A DNA stretch of 64,000 bases from a virus (Duplodnaviria; Caudoviricetes): the IMG/VR virus record IMGVR_UViG_3300033072_000683, positions 1 through 64,000 of that record; one strand, 5' to 3'. Made by a program: the position numbers and the translations under genes. The notes under the pieces were generated by a model. The model did not search any database, had not been told where the DNA came from, and worked only from the letters and a program-made list of their open reading frames with translations. Shown here piece by piece: positions 18,902 to 28,860 of this stretch (position 1 is its first letter; each line of letters begins with the position of its first letter).

Positions 18902-19567
18902 ATGGAAATGAAATCATTTGCATCTTACGTTGCAGAAACTAAAAAGGAATACAAATATGTCCTTAAGTTTGCTGTAAATGATATGCCGGATAGCATGATT
19001 GATATTCTTGAAGCTTGCCTTACAAAGTATGAGCTCAAGGAAGCTTCGGCATTTAGAAAAACACCTATTCAAGAAAGCCCACTAGATTTCCCTAACATAA
19101 AGAATACTCCTGTATTCATTTGTGATGTAACACTTGGTTATCCAGGCTCTCTTGATTTTTTAAGAACATACGTTTGCAATAACCTTGGTATTTCTCCAGG
19201 TCAGCTTGCAGTATATTCTGAAAACGATCCACGTCAAATCGAAACAGATTTATTCCTAGAAAGATCAGCCCCTCAATTTAAGGAAGGCTATAAGACAAAG
19301 CTAGGAAGCGATTACGAAGAAACAGGCGACAAGAATATGTATGGTGAGACATACAATGTTTCTTTCTTAAAAGAGCTTGATAAAGTTCGTAAGGAAAGAG
19401 AAACAGTCGTTGTTGAAAATCCACTAAGCAAAAAAGAAGATGTTGATCATTCTACACTTCCAGCTGGTTATGATGGTTTCAATGACCCTAAGAATTTAAA
19501 GAAGGATGATGTCGGATTCTTCGGTCGTATTAAGAGACCAAATCTACATAAGGCAGGTATCAAATGA
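18902..19567 (+). CDS. Hypothetical late/virion protein
   Basis: 221-aa ORF, late promoter, GGAG SD. Confidence 0.75.
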   Translation: MEMKSFASYVAETKKEYKYVLKFAVNDMPDSMIDILEACLTKYELKEASAFRKTPIQESPLDFPNIKNTPVFICDVTLGYPGSLDFLRTYVCNNLGISPGQLAVYSENDPRQIETDLFLERSAPQFKEGYKTKLGSDYEETGDKNMYGETYNVSFLKELDKVRKERETVVVENPLSKKEDVDHSTLPAGYDGFNDPKNLKKDDVGFFGRIKRPNLHKAGIK

Positions 19568-20808
19568 AAAGCATGCGTCAACTAATTAACCTCATGGAGA
19601 GTGTAGAGGCTGTTCCGGGATTGAACGAAAAGTCTAGTTCCGAAAAGCAAGCACGTTTTATGGCTGCCGCTGCTCACGATCCGAAATTTGCCAAGAAGGC
19701 TGGTATCGAACAGGATGTAGCCAAGGAATTCAACAAGGCCGACACAGGTACAGAACTTCTAAGCAAGGCAGCAAAGAATAAAGAAGAATCTTGCAGCATG
19801 GAAGAAGCTCACGTGGATACATGCCGTCAGACAAATGGTGCTCCTGCACGTGATGCATGTGCAATGGAAGGCGCCGATGAATCTGAAATTACCGATGATA
19901 TGGTAAGAGCAGCATATCAGGCAAGACATGAAGCATTTGCTAAGGATCTTCCAAATAAGTATCAATTGGCTGATTATGCAAGTATGTTGGCGAATAAGCA
20001 TGCACAACAGCAATCTATGAAGGCACACGGAAAGGGTTTCGATCCTATTTCCGGTAATCTTCTTCCTGAAGATCTAAACAACGGCTATGACGATGTTGAA
20101 ATTGCTAGCGGCCAGGATTTCTTCCCTAATGGTGCAGATAGTCCTGTAGTCAAGGCAGTTGGCCCATCCGGCGCACGTCAAGGTGATAATCCAGAGCAAA
20201 AGAAGATGAAAGTTGCTGAGGAAGAACATCGCGAACTGGTGTATGCCTACAGACAGTATTTGAAAGAGTCCGCTAAAGTGGCTCCAAAAAAAAAATTAAA
20301 GGAGAACCAGCAGGTTCTTTCTGACTTCGAAATTCAGGACTACGATCTAAGTTTCGATAGTAGTTCTGATTCCGCAGATATCAGCGGTTCAGTTTCAGCA
20401 TCAGCTACAGTCCCGGGACTTGACGGCCAGCCAAAAGATATTGGATGGGACGTATGGGTTGAGGCAACATGCGGCATTGGTTGGGAATCAGACGAATCAC
20501 CAACTGGCTGGAATTACAAAACAGATAATCCAACCTACACTAGCTATACCTACGCTACCGGCGATAGCCTCGAATTTACTTCAATTACATTCAGCGACGG
20601 TGCAGTTTTCTACATTAACAACGAAGAATTGACATTGCAGGATGCGCAGCAACAAATTGATCCTGCTGTCTTGAAACTTCTTCTTGATCCAAAACTCTTT
20701 GAACCTACTGTTGGAAAGTTTGCCGATAGTAAGATTCAGGATATGGAGCCGCCCGAGCCTGACTTTGATGAACCCGACAGGGACGACTATTACGATAGTA
20801 GATATTAA
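19564..20808 (+). CDS. Acidic late protein (possible head internal/scaffold-type) containing an A10 run
   Basis: 414-aa ORF coupled to upstream gene. Confidence 0.7.
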   Translation: MKSMRQLINLMESVEAVPGLNEKSSSEKQARFMAAAAHDPKFAKKAGIEQDVAKEFNKADTGTELLSKAAKNKEESCSMEEAHVDTCRQTNGAPARDACAMEGADESEITDDMVRAAYQARHEAFAKDLPNKYQLADYASMLANKHAQQQSMKAHGKGFDPISGNLLPEDLNNGYDDVEIASGQDFFPNGADSPVVKAVGPSGARQGDNPEQKKMKVAEEEHRELVYAYRQYLKESAKVAPKKKLKENQQVLSDFEIQDYDLSFDSSSDSADISGSVSASATVPGLDGQPKDIGWDVWVEATCGIGWESDESPTGWNYKTDNPTYTSYTYATGDSLEFTSITFSDGAVFYINNEELTLQDAQQQIDPAVLKLLLDPKLFEPTVGKFADSKIQDMEPPEPDFDEPDRDDYYDSRY

Positions 20809-20810
20809 AT

Positions 20811-22385
20811 ATGGCGATTTATCAAGACGACAAACTGGTCAAGCGTGCCTATAAAAAGGTTAGCTATACCAAGGAACAAATTGACGAATTAAAGGCATGT
20901 ATGGACCCTGTAAACGGGCCCAGATACTTTATTACTAACTTCATGTATATCCAGCACCCACGTTTGGGTAGACAGAAGATTGAGTTATTTGATTTCCAAT
21001 ACGAACTACTTGATAACTATCACAATTCTAGAAAATCAGTAAACATGATTAGCCGCCAGATGGGTAAGACCACTGTTGCGGCTGGTTATCTTCTTTGGTA
21101 CGCTATGTTCGTTGATGATGCAACAATTCTAATTGCATCTAACAAATATGACGGCGCACAGGAAATTATGCACCGTGTTCGATATGCATATGAATCTGTC
21201 CCGGATCATATTCGAGCAGGTGTTAAATCTTACAATAAACGTTCCATTGACTTTGATAATGGATCGCGTATTCAGGCAACCACTACTACAGCAAACACTG
21301 GTCGTGGTATGTCCTTGTCTCTAGTTTACCTTGACGAATTTGCGTTCGTGGAACCAAATATTGCTAAGGAATTCTGGACTTCACTATCACCGACCTTGTC
21401 GACAGGTGGTAAGTGTATTATTACTTCAACTCCAAACACTGACGAAGATCAATTTGCTGATATTTGGTTCGGTGCTAATAAATTAGTCGACGCAAACGGA
21501 AATGAGACCGATGTTGGTGTGAACGGTTTTCGTCCGTATATTGCTACCTGGTCTGCTCACCCTGATCGCGATCAAGCATGGGCAGATTCAGAATTGGCAG
21601 CATTAGGTGAAGATAGATTCCTTCGCGAACACGAATGCCAGTTTATTACATTTGAAGAAACACTTATCAATCCTGTTAAACTTGCTCAACTTAATTCTAT
21701 TCAACCTATCAGAAAAACTGGACAGGTACGTTGGTATTCTGAAATTCGTTCAAACATGACATATGTTGTTTCTCTTGATCCTTCGTTGGGAACAGGCGGA
21801 GATAACGCAGCTATTCAAGTTATCGAATTACCGACTCTTGTTCAGGTTGCCGAATGGAGTAGCAATAGAGCACCTGTTGAAGAACAAGTTAAAATCATGC
21901 GTAAAATTCTTGAAGAATTATACGATAATGGAAAACCTGAAATTTATTGGTCAGTTGAAAGTAACACACTAGGCGAAGCTGCATTGGTAGTTATTCGTGA
22001 TACTGGCGAAGAAAATTTCCCCGGAACAATGCTGCACGATCCAAAGAATAGATTGCAAGGCAAGACGGGACGCAGAGCAGGTTTCGTAACAACAAACAAG
22101 TCGAAACTCGAGGCTTGTGCAAAACTCAAATTCTTGATCGAGTCTGGCAAAATGAAGCTAAATTCAAGAGGTATTCTGTCTGAGCTAAAGGTGTTTGTTT
22201 CGAGAGGAAATACATTTGAAGCTCGAGAAGGACAGACTGACGATTTGATTATGGCTATGATTCTTGCAGTTCGAATGACAGATTTTATTTCTACCTGGGA
22301 CGATCAATCTCAAGCCGCTATCAATTCAAGTGTGGCAATCGACGACGATAGAAGCTTCGATGCGCCTCTGCCTGTTTTTATCTAA
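20811..22385 (+). CDS. Terminase large subunit (gp17-like)
   Basis: SRQMGKTT Walker A, YLDEFAF Walker B, IITSTPNT, SLDPSLGTGGD, TDDLIMA nuclease motifs. Confidence 0.96.
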   Translation: MAIYQDDKLVKRAYKKVSYTKEQIDELKACMDPVNGPRYFITNFMYIQHPRLGRQKIELFDFQYELLDNYHNSRKSVNMISRQMGKTTVAAGYLLWYAMFVDDATILIASNKYDGAQEIMHRVRYAYESVPDHIRAGVKSYNKRSIDFDNGSRIQATTTTANTGRGMSLSLVYLDEFAFVEPNIAKEFWTSLSPTLSTGGKCIITSTPNTDEDQFADIWFGANKLVDANGNETDVGVNGFRPYIATWSAHPDRDQAWADSELAALGEDRFLREHECQFITFEETLINPVKLAQLNSIQPIRKTGQVRWYSEIRSNMTYVVSLDPSLGTGGDNAAIQVIELPTLVQVAEWSSNRAPVEEQVKIMRKILEELYDNGKPEIYWSVESNTLGEAALVVIRDTGEENFPGTMLHDPKNRLQGKTGRRAGFVTTNKSKLEACAKLKFLIESGKMKLNSRGILSELKVFVSRGNTFEAREGQTDDLIMAMILAVRMTDFISTWDDQSQAAINSSVAIDDDRSFDAPLPVFI

Positions 22386-22390
22386 TTTCA

Positions 22391-22398
22391 GATAAATA
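22391..22398 (+). promoter_or_regulatory. Late promoter GATAAATA
   Basis: Octamer match. Confidence 0.65.
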
Positions 22399-22417
22399 AG
22401 AGAAAGAAGGATTCAAA

Positions 22418-23695
22418 ATGGTAGAAATTAACGAGTTAGCTCATAAGATTTTTTCTCTTCTGAAGGGTAACGGACTTCAGGTAAAAATCTTTGATGTTGA
22501 AGGCGCTGAAACTACCAATCCTGAAGACGGTCGTCGTTTCTTCGTTATGGCACCAAATATTATGGTTACAATTGACGAGGATGGCAACAATGTCGGGTTT
22601 AGTAAAGGTGCAGACGTCGGCGACGAAGTGGCCAGTGTGCAAAAAAGCATTCGTAAATTAGCAGATGAATTCCTACTAAATTCGAGCATTAAGGTATTTG
22701 GCAAGTCAATTCAACCAAGAGATTTTGCATATCAAGCAAAGATTAAAAAGGCAGAAAATATGGGCGCATTACAAGAAAGTTTCAGCAAGATGTTTGGTTC
22801 ACTAAGAACATCTCATCAAATGTTAGAAAATGTCAGAATTCTGGTAAAGCATAAAGTACCTGTGGACGAGTCTGTACCAGGTGCAAGATCTCGCCATATT
22901 GCTGCAATTTTCCTAGAATGCAATGGAGAACGTTTCCGTTTTCCACATAACTATCTCCCGGGTGCAAGAGCAATGGCACAACACCTTGCGCACGGTGGCT
23001 CCATGGGCGATAAGGTTGGTGCATATATTAATGAAAGCACTGGTCAGCTATTGAAGCTTCAGTCCTTTAACCGTTATGTTACCACCAATAAACTAATTAA
23101 TGAAGATAGCTCCGGTATTGTTGAAACGGTAAAGGAGAATATCGAGACATTGCGTACAGAGCTAAGAAAGCTAACTGGCGTAAAAACATATGAAACAGTA
23201 AAGGCACGTATCGAAACATTTGAACGTGAAACACTTGCTGAAGATGATGTTTCCCAACTCAAGGATCTATTTACTATTCGCCGTTTTGACGAAAAGTTCG
23301 AGGAAGTGCTTCCTATCGTTAAACAATTGATTCAAGAGAAGGATACATATCACAAGCGTATCGAAGAGGCTGCCGCAAATGTAGTCAGAGTTCGTCGCGA
23401 GGCTATAAATACTACACCGATTTTTGAATTCGCAAGCGAAAGTGCTCGCCTAGGATATAAGATCAGTGAACTTTCTCTACGTATTCTTGAAAACGAAGAA
23501 CTTTCTTCCTTTGTTGGTAAGATTGGCAATAAGCTAGTCAAGGAAGGTCAGATTAATGATTTCGAGAAGGCTGTATTATCTCAAATCTTCGAGAACATCG
23601 AAGTAGTTGAGGCAGCTCAAGTAGAGAAAAAAGAGATCAAAGAGGCATTCGATTTCGATACATACTTTGATAAATATATTTACAAGTTTTTCTAA
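22418..23695 (+). CDS. Conserved-type late hypothetical protein
   Basis: 425-aa ORF; GERFRFP..YLPGARAMAQH..HGG motif. Confidence 0.75.
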   Translation: MVEINELAHKIFSLLKGNGLQVKIFDVEGAETTNPEDGRRFFVMAPNIMVTIDEDGNNVGFSKGADVGDEVASVQKSIRKLADEFLLNSSIKVFGKSIQPRDFAYQAKIKKAENMGALQESFSKMFGSLRTSHQMLENVRILVKHKVPVDESVPGARSRHIAAIFLECNGERFRFPHNYLPGARAMAQHLAHGGSMGDKVGAYINESTGQLLKLQSFNRYVTTNKLINEDSSGIVETVKENIETLRTELRKLTGVKTYETVKARIETFERETLAEDDVSQLKDLFTIRRFDEKFEEVLPIVKQLIQEKDTYHKRIEEAAANVVRVRREAINTTPIFEFASESARLGYKISELSLRILENEELSSFVGKIGNKLVKEGQINDFEKAVLSQIFENIEVVEAAQVEKKEIKEAFDFDTYFDKYIYKFF

Positions 23696-23705
23696 ACCGA
23701 AAAGC

Positions 23706-23734
23706 TTGACAGATACATAAGACTTTCGTACATT
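23706..23734 (+). promoter_or_regulatory. sigma70-type promoter for SSB gene
   Basis: TTGACA-N17-TACATT. Confidence 0.75.
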
Positions 23735-23849
23735 AGTCGCTGTACGTTAGAAACACAGTTAGGGCGTGAAAGGGTTTAACGTGACCCAAGTAGGCTGCGA
23801 CTCAGGGAAATAACGTTCTTTTTAAACTAAAGCATAGGATAAACATATC

Positions 23850-24908
23850 ATGTCAAAAACATTAGAAGAAATTCGCAAGAAGCTACAAGCACTAGACGCC
23901 CGCAAGGGTCCCGCAGGTTCCGGCGGTGGTGGAGATAAAACCACTTACCCACACTGGAATATCCCAGAAGGAACATCCCTCTCAACTCGCTTACTCCCTG
24001 ACGCAAATCCAGATAACACATTTTTCTGGGCAGAACGTCAAATCATTAAGCTTCCATTCCCTGGCATCAAGGGTCAAGACGAAAGCAAGCCCGTCATTGT
24101 TCAAGTTCCATGTATCGAAATGTGGGACGGTAAGAACACCTGCCCTATCCTGAACGAAGTTCGCCCATGGTGGAAAGACAAGTCTCTCGAAGATCTTGCA
24201 CGCAAGTATTGGGTCAAGCGTACCTACTACATGCAAGGTTTCGTGAAGAACGATCCGCTGAACGAATCTGATCCTCCAGAAAATCCAATTCGTAAGTTCA
24301 TTATCGGTCCACAGATTTTCGCAATCATCAAGGCTGCGCTGATGGATCCCGAAATGGAACACAGCCCTGTTGATTATGTCAACGGTGTTGATTTCATTAT
24401 CTCGAAGACCAGCAAGGGCGGATTCGCAGATTACGGTACATCGAAGTGGGCAAGAAAAGAGTCGAGCATCACAGCCGATATGCAAGAAGCCATTGAAAAG
24501 TATGGTCTTGTAGATCTATCCACATATCTGCCAAAGCGTCCAACTCCTGAACAACTAGCTATCATCTATGAAATGTTCCAAGCATCTGTAGATGGTGAAC
24601 TGTATGATCCGGAAGCATGGAGCCAGCACTACAAGCCATTCGGCTTCGATGCAGGCGCCGGCGACGACGACGGCGGTGAAGGTCGTAGAGTATCGCGCTC
24701 TGCTCCTGTTTCTCGTCCAGCACCAGCACCAGCACCTGCACCTGCCCCTGTGGCACAGAAGCCGGTCGTTACAGAAACTGAAGACGAAGATCCACCTTTC
24801 GAGCCAGATCCTCCTAAGGCTACCACAGAAGCTAAGGATACCGGAAGTGCCACAGCAGGCAAGTCTCCGCAAGAAATCCTAGCAATGTTGCGTAACCGCA
24901 ATAAGTAA
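23850..24908 (+). CDS. Single-stranded DNA-binding protein (T4 gp32-like)
   Basis: RLLPDAN, VPCIEMW...CPI, NPIRKFIIGPQIF, SKGGFADY.TSKWAR; acidic Pro/Ala tail. Confidence 0.88.
   Translation: MSKTLEEIRKKLQALDARKGPAGSGGGGDKTTYPHWNIPEGTSLSTRLLPDANPDNTFFWAERQIIKLPFPGIKGQDESKPVIVQVPCIEMWDGKNTCPILNEVRPWWKDKSLEDLARKYWVKRTYYMQGFVKNDPLNESDPPENPIRKFIIGPQIFAIIKAALMDPEMEHSPVDYVNGVDFIISKTSKGGFADYGTSKWARKESSITADMQEAIEKYGLVDLSTYLPKRPTPEQLAIIYEMFQASVDGELYDPEAWSQHYKPFGFDAGAGDDDGGEGRRVSRSAPVSRPAPAPAPAPAPVAQKPVVTETEDEDPPFEPDPPKATTEAKDTGSATAGKSPQEILAMLRNRNK
24718..24750 (+). repeat. Coding 6-nt tandem repeat (CCAGCA/CCTGCA) giving a PAPAPAPAPA linker
   Basis: Seen directly. Confidence 0.8.
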
Positions 24909-24918
24909 TTTCTAGACA

Positions 24919-24941
24919 CGGGGCAGGTAAATACTGCCCCG
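24919..24941 (+). promoter_or_regulatory. Inverted repeat with GTAAATA in the loop, upstream of uvsX
   Basis: CGGGGCAG-GTAAATA-CTGCCCCG. Confidence 0.5.
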
Positions 24942-24964
24942 ACTAACTTATTCAAGGAGAACCT

Positions 24965-26056
24965 ATGGCTAAGGCCTTTGACGTTTCAAAATTTCGTAAA
25001 AATCTAACTAAGAATATCACAGGTATTTCTACAGGATTCAATGATCCTGATACCTGGATTAGCACAGGTTCGTATGGACTGAACTATCTCATTAGCGGCG
25101 ACTTCTACAGAGGCGTTCCTATGGGTAAAGTCACTGTTTTTGCAGGCGAATCCGGTGCAGGCAAGTCCTACATTGTGTCGGGCAATATCGCAAGAGCAGC
25201 ACAAGAACAAGGCATTTACGTTGTTATGATTGACACCGAAAATGCACTTGACGAAAAGTGGCTGCATACCCTAGGCGTTGATACTGATGAATCGAAGATG
25301 CTTCGCATTGGTGCGTCTATGGTTGACGAAGTAGCAAAGATCGTTCACGACTTTGTTGCAGAATACAAACAAAATTATCTTGATCTACCACGTGCAGATC
25401 GTCCTAAGATTCTATTCATTGTTGACTCTATTGGTATGTTGCTAACACCAACAGAAGTAGATCAGTTCAGCAAGGGCGATATGAAGGGCGACATGGGTCG
25501 TAAGGCAAAGCAATTGAAAGCTTTTGTCTCGAACTGTGTAAACATGTTCGGTGACTTGAACATCGGTATGGTTGTGACAAACCATACATATGCAAGCCAA
25601 GACATGTTCGACCCCGATGACAAGATCTCCGGTGGTTCTGGCTTTATCTTTGCTTCGAGTATCGTTGTTGCAATGAAGAAGTATAAACTGAAGGAAGATG
25701 AAGATGGTAACAAGACTTCAGAAGTAAATGGTATTCGTGCTACCTGCAAGGTTGTAAAGACACGTTATTCCAAGCCGTTTGAATCTATCAAGATTGATAT
25801 TCCGTGGGAAACAGGTATGAATCCCGTCTCTGGTCTGTTCGATCTATTCGAAAAATCGGGCGTGCTCATTAAGGAAGGCAATCGTTACAGCTACACATGC
25901 AAGAGCACAGGTGAAGTCATGAAGTATTTCCGTAAGGAATGGAATGACTTTGAGAAAATGAAAGTGATTATGGATGAGTTCACCCAGGATGACCTACATG
26001 CGGTTATTACAGATGCTGAGGATGAACAACTTCCTAAGGCAGTAGTGGAGGCATAA
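24965..26056 (+). CDS. uvsX: RecA/UvsX recombinase
   Basis: GESGAGKS, IDTENALD, IVDSIGML, NHTY, ISGGSG. Confidence 0.95.
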   Translation: MAKAFDVSKFRKNLTKNITGISTGFNDPDTWISTGSYGLNYLISGDFYRGVPMGKVTVFAGESGAGKSYIVSGNIARAAQEQGIYVVMIDTENALDEKWLHTLGVDTDESKMLRIGASMVDEVAKIVHDFVAEYKQNYLDLPRADRPKILFIVDSIGMLLTPTEVDQFSKGDMKGDMGRKAKQLKAFVSNCVNMFGDLNIGMVVTNHTYASQDMFDPDDKISGGSGFIFASSIVVAMKKYKLKEDEDGNKTSEVNGIRATCKVVKTRYSKPFESIKIDIPWETGMNPVSGLFDLFEKSGVLIKEGNRYSYTCKSTGEVMKYFRKEWNDFEKMKVIMDEFTQDDLHAVITDAEDEQLPKAVVEA

Positions 26057-26057
26057 A

Positions 26058-26300
26058 ATGGTTAGCGAACATAACGAACTAATCATGGAATTGTGGGGAA
26101 GAATTAAAACCCACATTCAGCCAAAGGAGCGACTAGAAGTGGCCGATATTCTAATCGATGTTTTCGATGAGTTTGGCATGTTGGACGACAGCATTCTAAA
26201 TGAAGACCTTGACAAAGAACTGAAGGCTGCTACAAAGAGCCGGTTGGCCGATGACGAAATTGAAGATTACGAGGACGAGGATGACAGTTTTAGCTTCTGA
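26058..26300 (+). CDS. Small acidic hypothetical protein
   Basis: GGAGG SD; 80 aa. Confidence 0.7.
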   Translation: MVSEHNELIMELWGRIKTHIQPKERLEVADILIDVFDEFGMLDDSILNEDLDKELKAATKSRLADDEIEDYEDEDDSFSF

Positions 26301-26589
26301 CTTCGGACAAGAACTTCTTGGGGTTATAAAGAGCAAGGATGCTCAGCAATCCCTTTCGAAAGTCCAGCAGTATAAAGAGAAAATGCGAGATACGACTGTG
26401 GGTGTTGACTACGTTACCTGGATTACTGAGCCTGCAAATCTGACCTTGGTACATAAGACCTTGGCAGAAGACCTGGGCGTCCCTCCACGTTTACTAGCCA
26501 TCAAGAGAGTTGCTATGTCTCGAACTCAGAAAGCGGTTTTATTGGTACAAGCTATCGAATTAGGAATTAAGAAAGTACACAAACTATGA
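26281..26589 (+). CDS. Hypothetical protein
   Basis: ATG 26281 with GAGG SD preferred. Confidence 0.6.
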   Translation: MTVLASDFGQELLGVIKSKDAQQSLSKVQQYKEKMRDTTVGVDYVTWITEPANLTLVHKTLAEDLGVPPRLLAIKRVAMSRTQKAVLLVQAIELGIKKVHKL

Positions 26590-27047
26590 GCAGTTGGTAT
26601 TACAAGGTCACACAAGACCTTGCCAATGTGCCAGCTTTTATTGACTACTTCGAAAGTGAACTCGAGGAGGCTAGAAAAGAGCTGTCTCTAAAAGGCAAGA
26701 CTCTTGAAAAGCATGCAGCCGAACTTCCTGGATTGGTTGAGTATAGATTTGCTCAACTCCAGGAAATCGAGGCTGTGCTAGAGTACCTAAACATAAAACT
26801 AAAACAAGAACGTTCTGCACAATTTAAGAAGTTTCTTGAAGCGTACAATAAGACGCTAACCTCTCGCGATGCTGAAAAGTATGTAGACGGTGTAAAGGAA
26901 GTTGTTGATTTGACAATGTTGAACAACGAAGTCGCTTTACTACGAAACAAATTTCTTGGAGTCAGCAAGGGGTTCGAGGCTAAGAATTTCATGACTGGAC
27001 ATATCATTAAATTAAGGGTGGCTGGTCTAGATGACGCAGCAATTTAA
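26586..27047 (+). CDS. uvsY: Recombination mediator UvsY-like
   Basis: FLEAYNKTLTSRDAEKYVDG, KGFEAKNF; between uvsX and uvsW. Confidence 0.8.
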   Translation: MSSWYYKVTQDLANVPAFIDYFESELEEARKELSLKGKTLEKHAAELPGLVEYRFAQLQEIEAVLEYLNIKLKQERSAQFKKFLEAYNKTLTSRDAEKYVDGVKEVVDLTMLNNEVALLRNKFLGVSKGFEAKNFMTGHIIKLRVAGLDDAAI

Positions 27048-28501
27048 TGGCAACCACAAAACTAATTATTCAAGATGAAGTAAACGTCAAGTTCGAAGGA
27101 CTTGACGTTGTCACACGAAGAAAGCTTGTAGAGACAGTGGAATATTTTGTTCCATATGCAAGACATACTCCTGCTTACAAGCTAGGAAGATGGAATGGTA
27201 AAATTTCATTCTGTGATGTTGGGGCACGAACATATCTAAATCTTCTAGATAGATTACTTCCGGTAGTTCAACAGAACGGATATGATATAGAAATCGATGA
27301 TCAGCGAGAAGTACACGATTTTGTTTTTGAGGAAGTCGAAGAGGATTCTTATTCCCACATTAAATGGCCTAAGGGGCACCCAAAGGCCGGAGAACCTATT
27401 GAAATTCGCGAACACCAGCTTGATGTTATCAATTCCTACCTAAACAATCTAACAGGTATCAACATTGCCCCTACAGGCGCTGGCAAGACAATTATTACGG
27501 CGATTTTAAGCCATAAAGTTCAACCGTATGGGCGAAGTATTGTCATCGTGCCTACTAAGGACTTGGTCACGCAAACCGAAGAAGATTACATCAACATGGG
27601 TCTTGATGTAGGTGTATTCTTCGGTGATAGAAAGGAGTATGGAAAAACCCATACTATCTGTACATGGCAAAGCTTGGAAAGCCTATCCAAAAAGTCAAAG
27701 GAAGACGAGTCGGTAGATATCGAAGCCTTCTTCAGCGGCGTTATTTGCGTTATCGTAGACGAAGTACACAAAGCAAAGGCCGACGTCTTGCGCAAACTAT
27801 TGTCGACCTACTTAGCGAATTGTCCGATACGCTGGGGACTGACTGGGACGATGCCTGAGGAAGAATACGAGCAGGTTGCGGTTATGGCCTGTATCGGACC
27901 TATGCTTGGTGCTATTAAGACAAAAGAATTGCAAGATAAAGGTATTCTTGCTAACTTGCATGTCAATATTTGGCAATTGCAAGATCTTGGCGAAGCAGCA
28001 TTCGACAATTATCAGACAGAGCTAAAATGGTTAACTTCTAATCCGCAAAGATTGAAGTTCTTGGCTAAAGAGATTGAGGCCATGGCTGAGAACGGTAACA
28101 CTCTTATTCTGGTAGATCGCGTACAAACTGGCGAAATGTTACAATCGCTTATACCGGGCTCGATTTTTGTGTCCGGTAAAATGAAGTCAAAAGATCGTAA
28201 AGAAGAATATAAAGAAGTTCAAGAGGTAGACGGCAAGGTTATTATTGCCACTTATGGTGTGGCGTCTACGGGCATCAACATTGTCCGTATTTTTAACCTA
28301 GTCTTGTTTGAAGCAGGCAAGAGCTTTGTTAGAGTAATTCAGAGTATCGGTAGAGGTATTCGTGTTGCACCGGACAAGGATTTTGTTAATGTGTATGATG
28401 TATGCTCGAACTGTAAATTCTCTAAGCGACACTTGACAAAGAGAAAGAAGTTCTACGATCAAGCGGAATATCCATACAAGGTAACAAAGGTGCAATATTG
28501 A
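27047..28501 (+). CDS. uvsW: SF2 DNA helicase UvsW-like
   Basis: APTGAGKT, IVDEVH, GLTGT, STGINI, QSIGRGIR. Confidence 0.93.
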   Translation: MATTKLIIQDEVNVKFEGLDVVTRRKLVETVEYFVPYARHTPAYKLGRWNGKISFCDVGARTYLNLLDRLLPVVQQNGYDIEIDDQREVHDFVFEEVEEDSYSHIKWPKGHPKAGEPIEIREHQLDVINSYLNNLTGINIAPTGAGKTIITAILSHKVQPYGRSIVIVPTKDLVTQTEEDYINMGLDVGVFFGDRKEYGKTHTICTWQSLESLSKKSKEDESVDIEAFFSGVICVIVDEVHKAKADVLRKLLSTYLANCPIRWGLTGTMPEEEYEQVAVMACIGPMLGAIKTKELQDKGILANLHVNIWQLQDLGEAAFDNYQTELKWLTSNPQRLKFLAKEIEAMAENGNTLILVDRVQTGEMLQSLIPGSIFVSGKMKSKDRKEEYKEVQEVDGKVIIATYGVASTGINIVRIFNLVLFEAGKSFVRVIQSIGRGIRVAPDKDFVNVYDVCSNCKFSKRHLTKRKKFYDQAEYPYKVTKVQY

Positions 28502-28860
28502 TAACAGTTGACACAAATATTTCGTGGGGATATTTGCCTTTATTAGAAATATTTGCAAAGGCAAACAGTCTTGTCCTAAAATTTGAAATGTATTATCACG
28601 AAATTGGCGATAGCGATGGTATTGTTATTGCTAGAGAACATACTCGTATTTCATATGAGGATGATTCTGATACTGCAATGGCTATTACTTGCCTATCAAT
28701 TAAGCATCTTGGATTTGAAAATATGCTTTGTGATTATCTGATTCGTTGCAATGTAGAACCAAAGATGATTCCAATCGGGAAATATGTCATGAGGAAGACA
28801 CCCGAACAAATGGAAAAAGATTGGCAAGAACATAGAAAGAAAATAGGCCTAGCAAGATGA
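28498..28860 (+). CDS. Hypothetical protein
   Basis: 120-aa ORF, overlapping stop/start. Confidence 0.55.
   Translation: MITVDTNISWGYLPLLEIFAKANSLVLKFEMYYHEIGDSDGIVIAREHTRISYEDDSDTAMAITCLSIKHLGFENMLCDYLIRCNVEPKMIPIGKYVMRKTPEQMEKDWQEHRKKIGLAR

Noticed and set aside
24718-24750. Short tandem repeat as a possible array or contingency locus
   Set aside because: In-frame 6-nt units simply encoding a Pro-Ala linker
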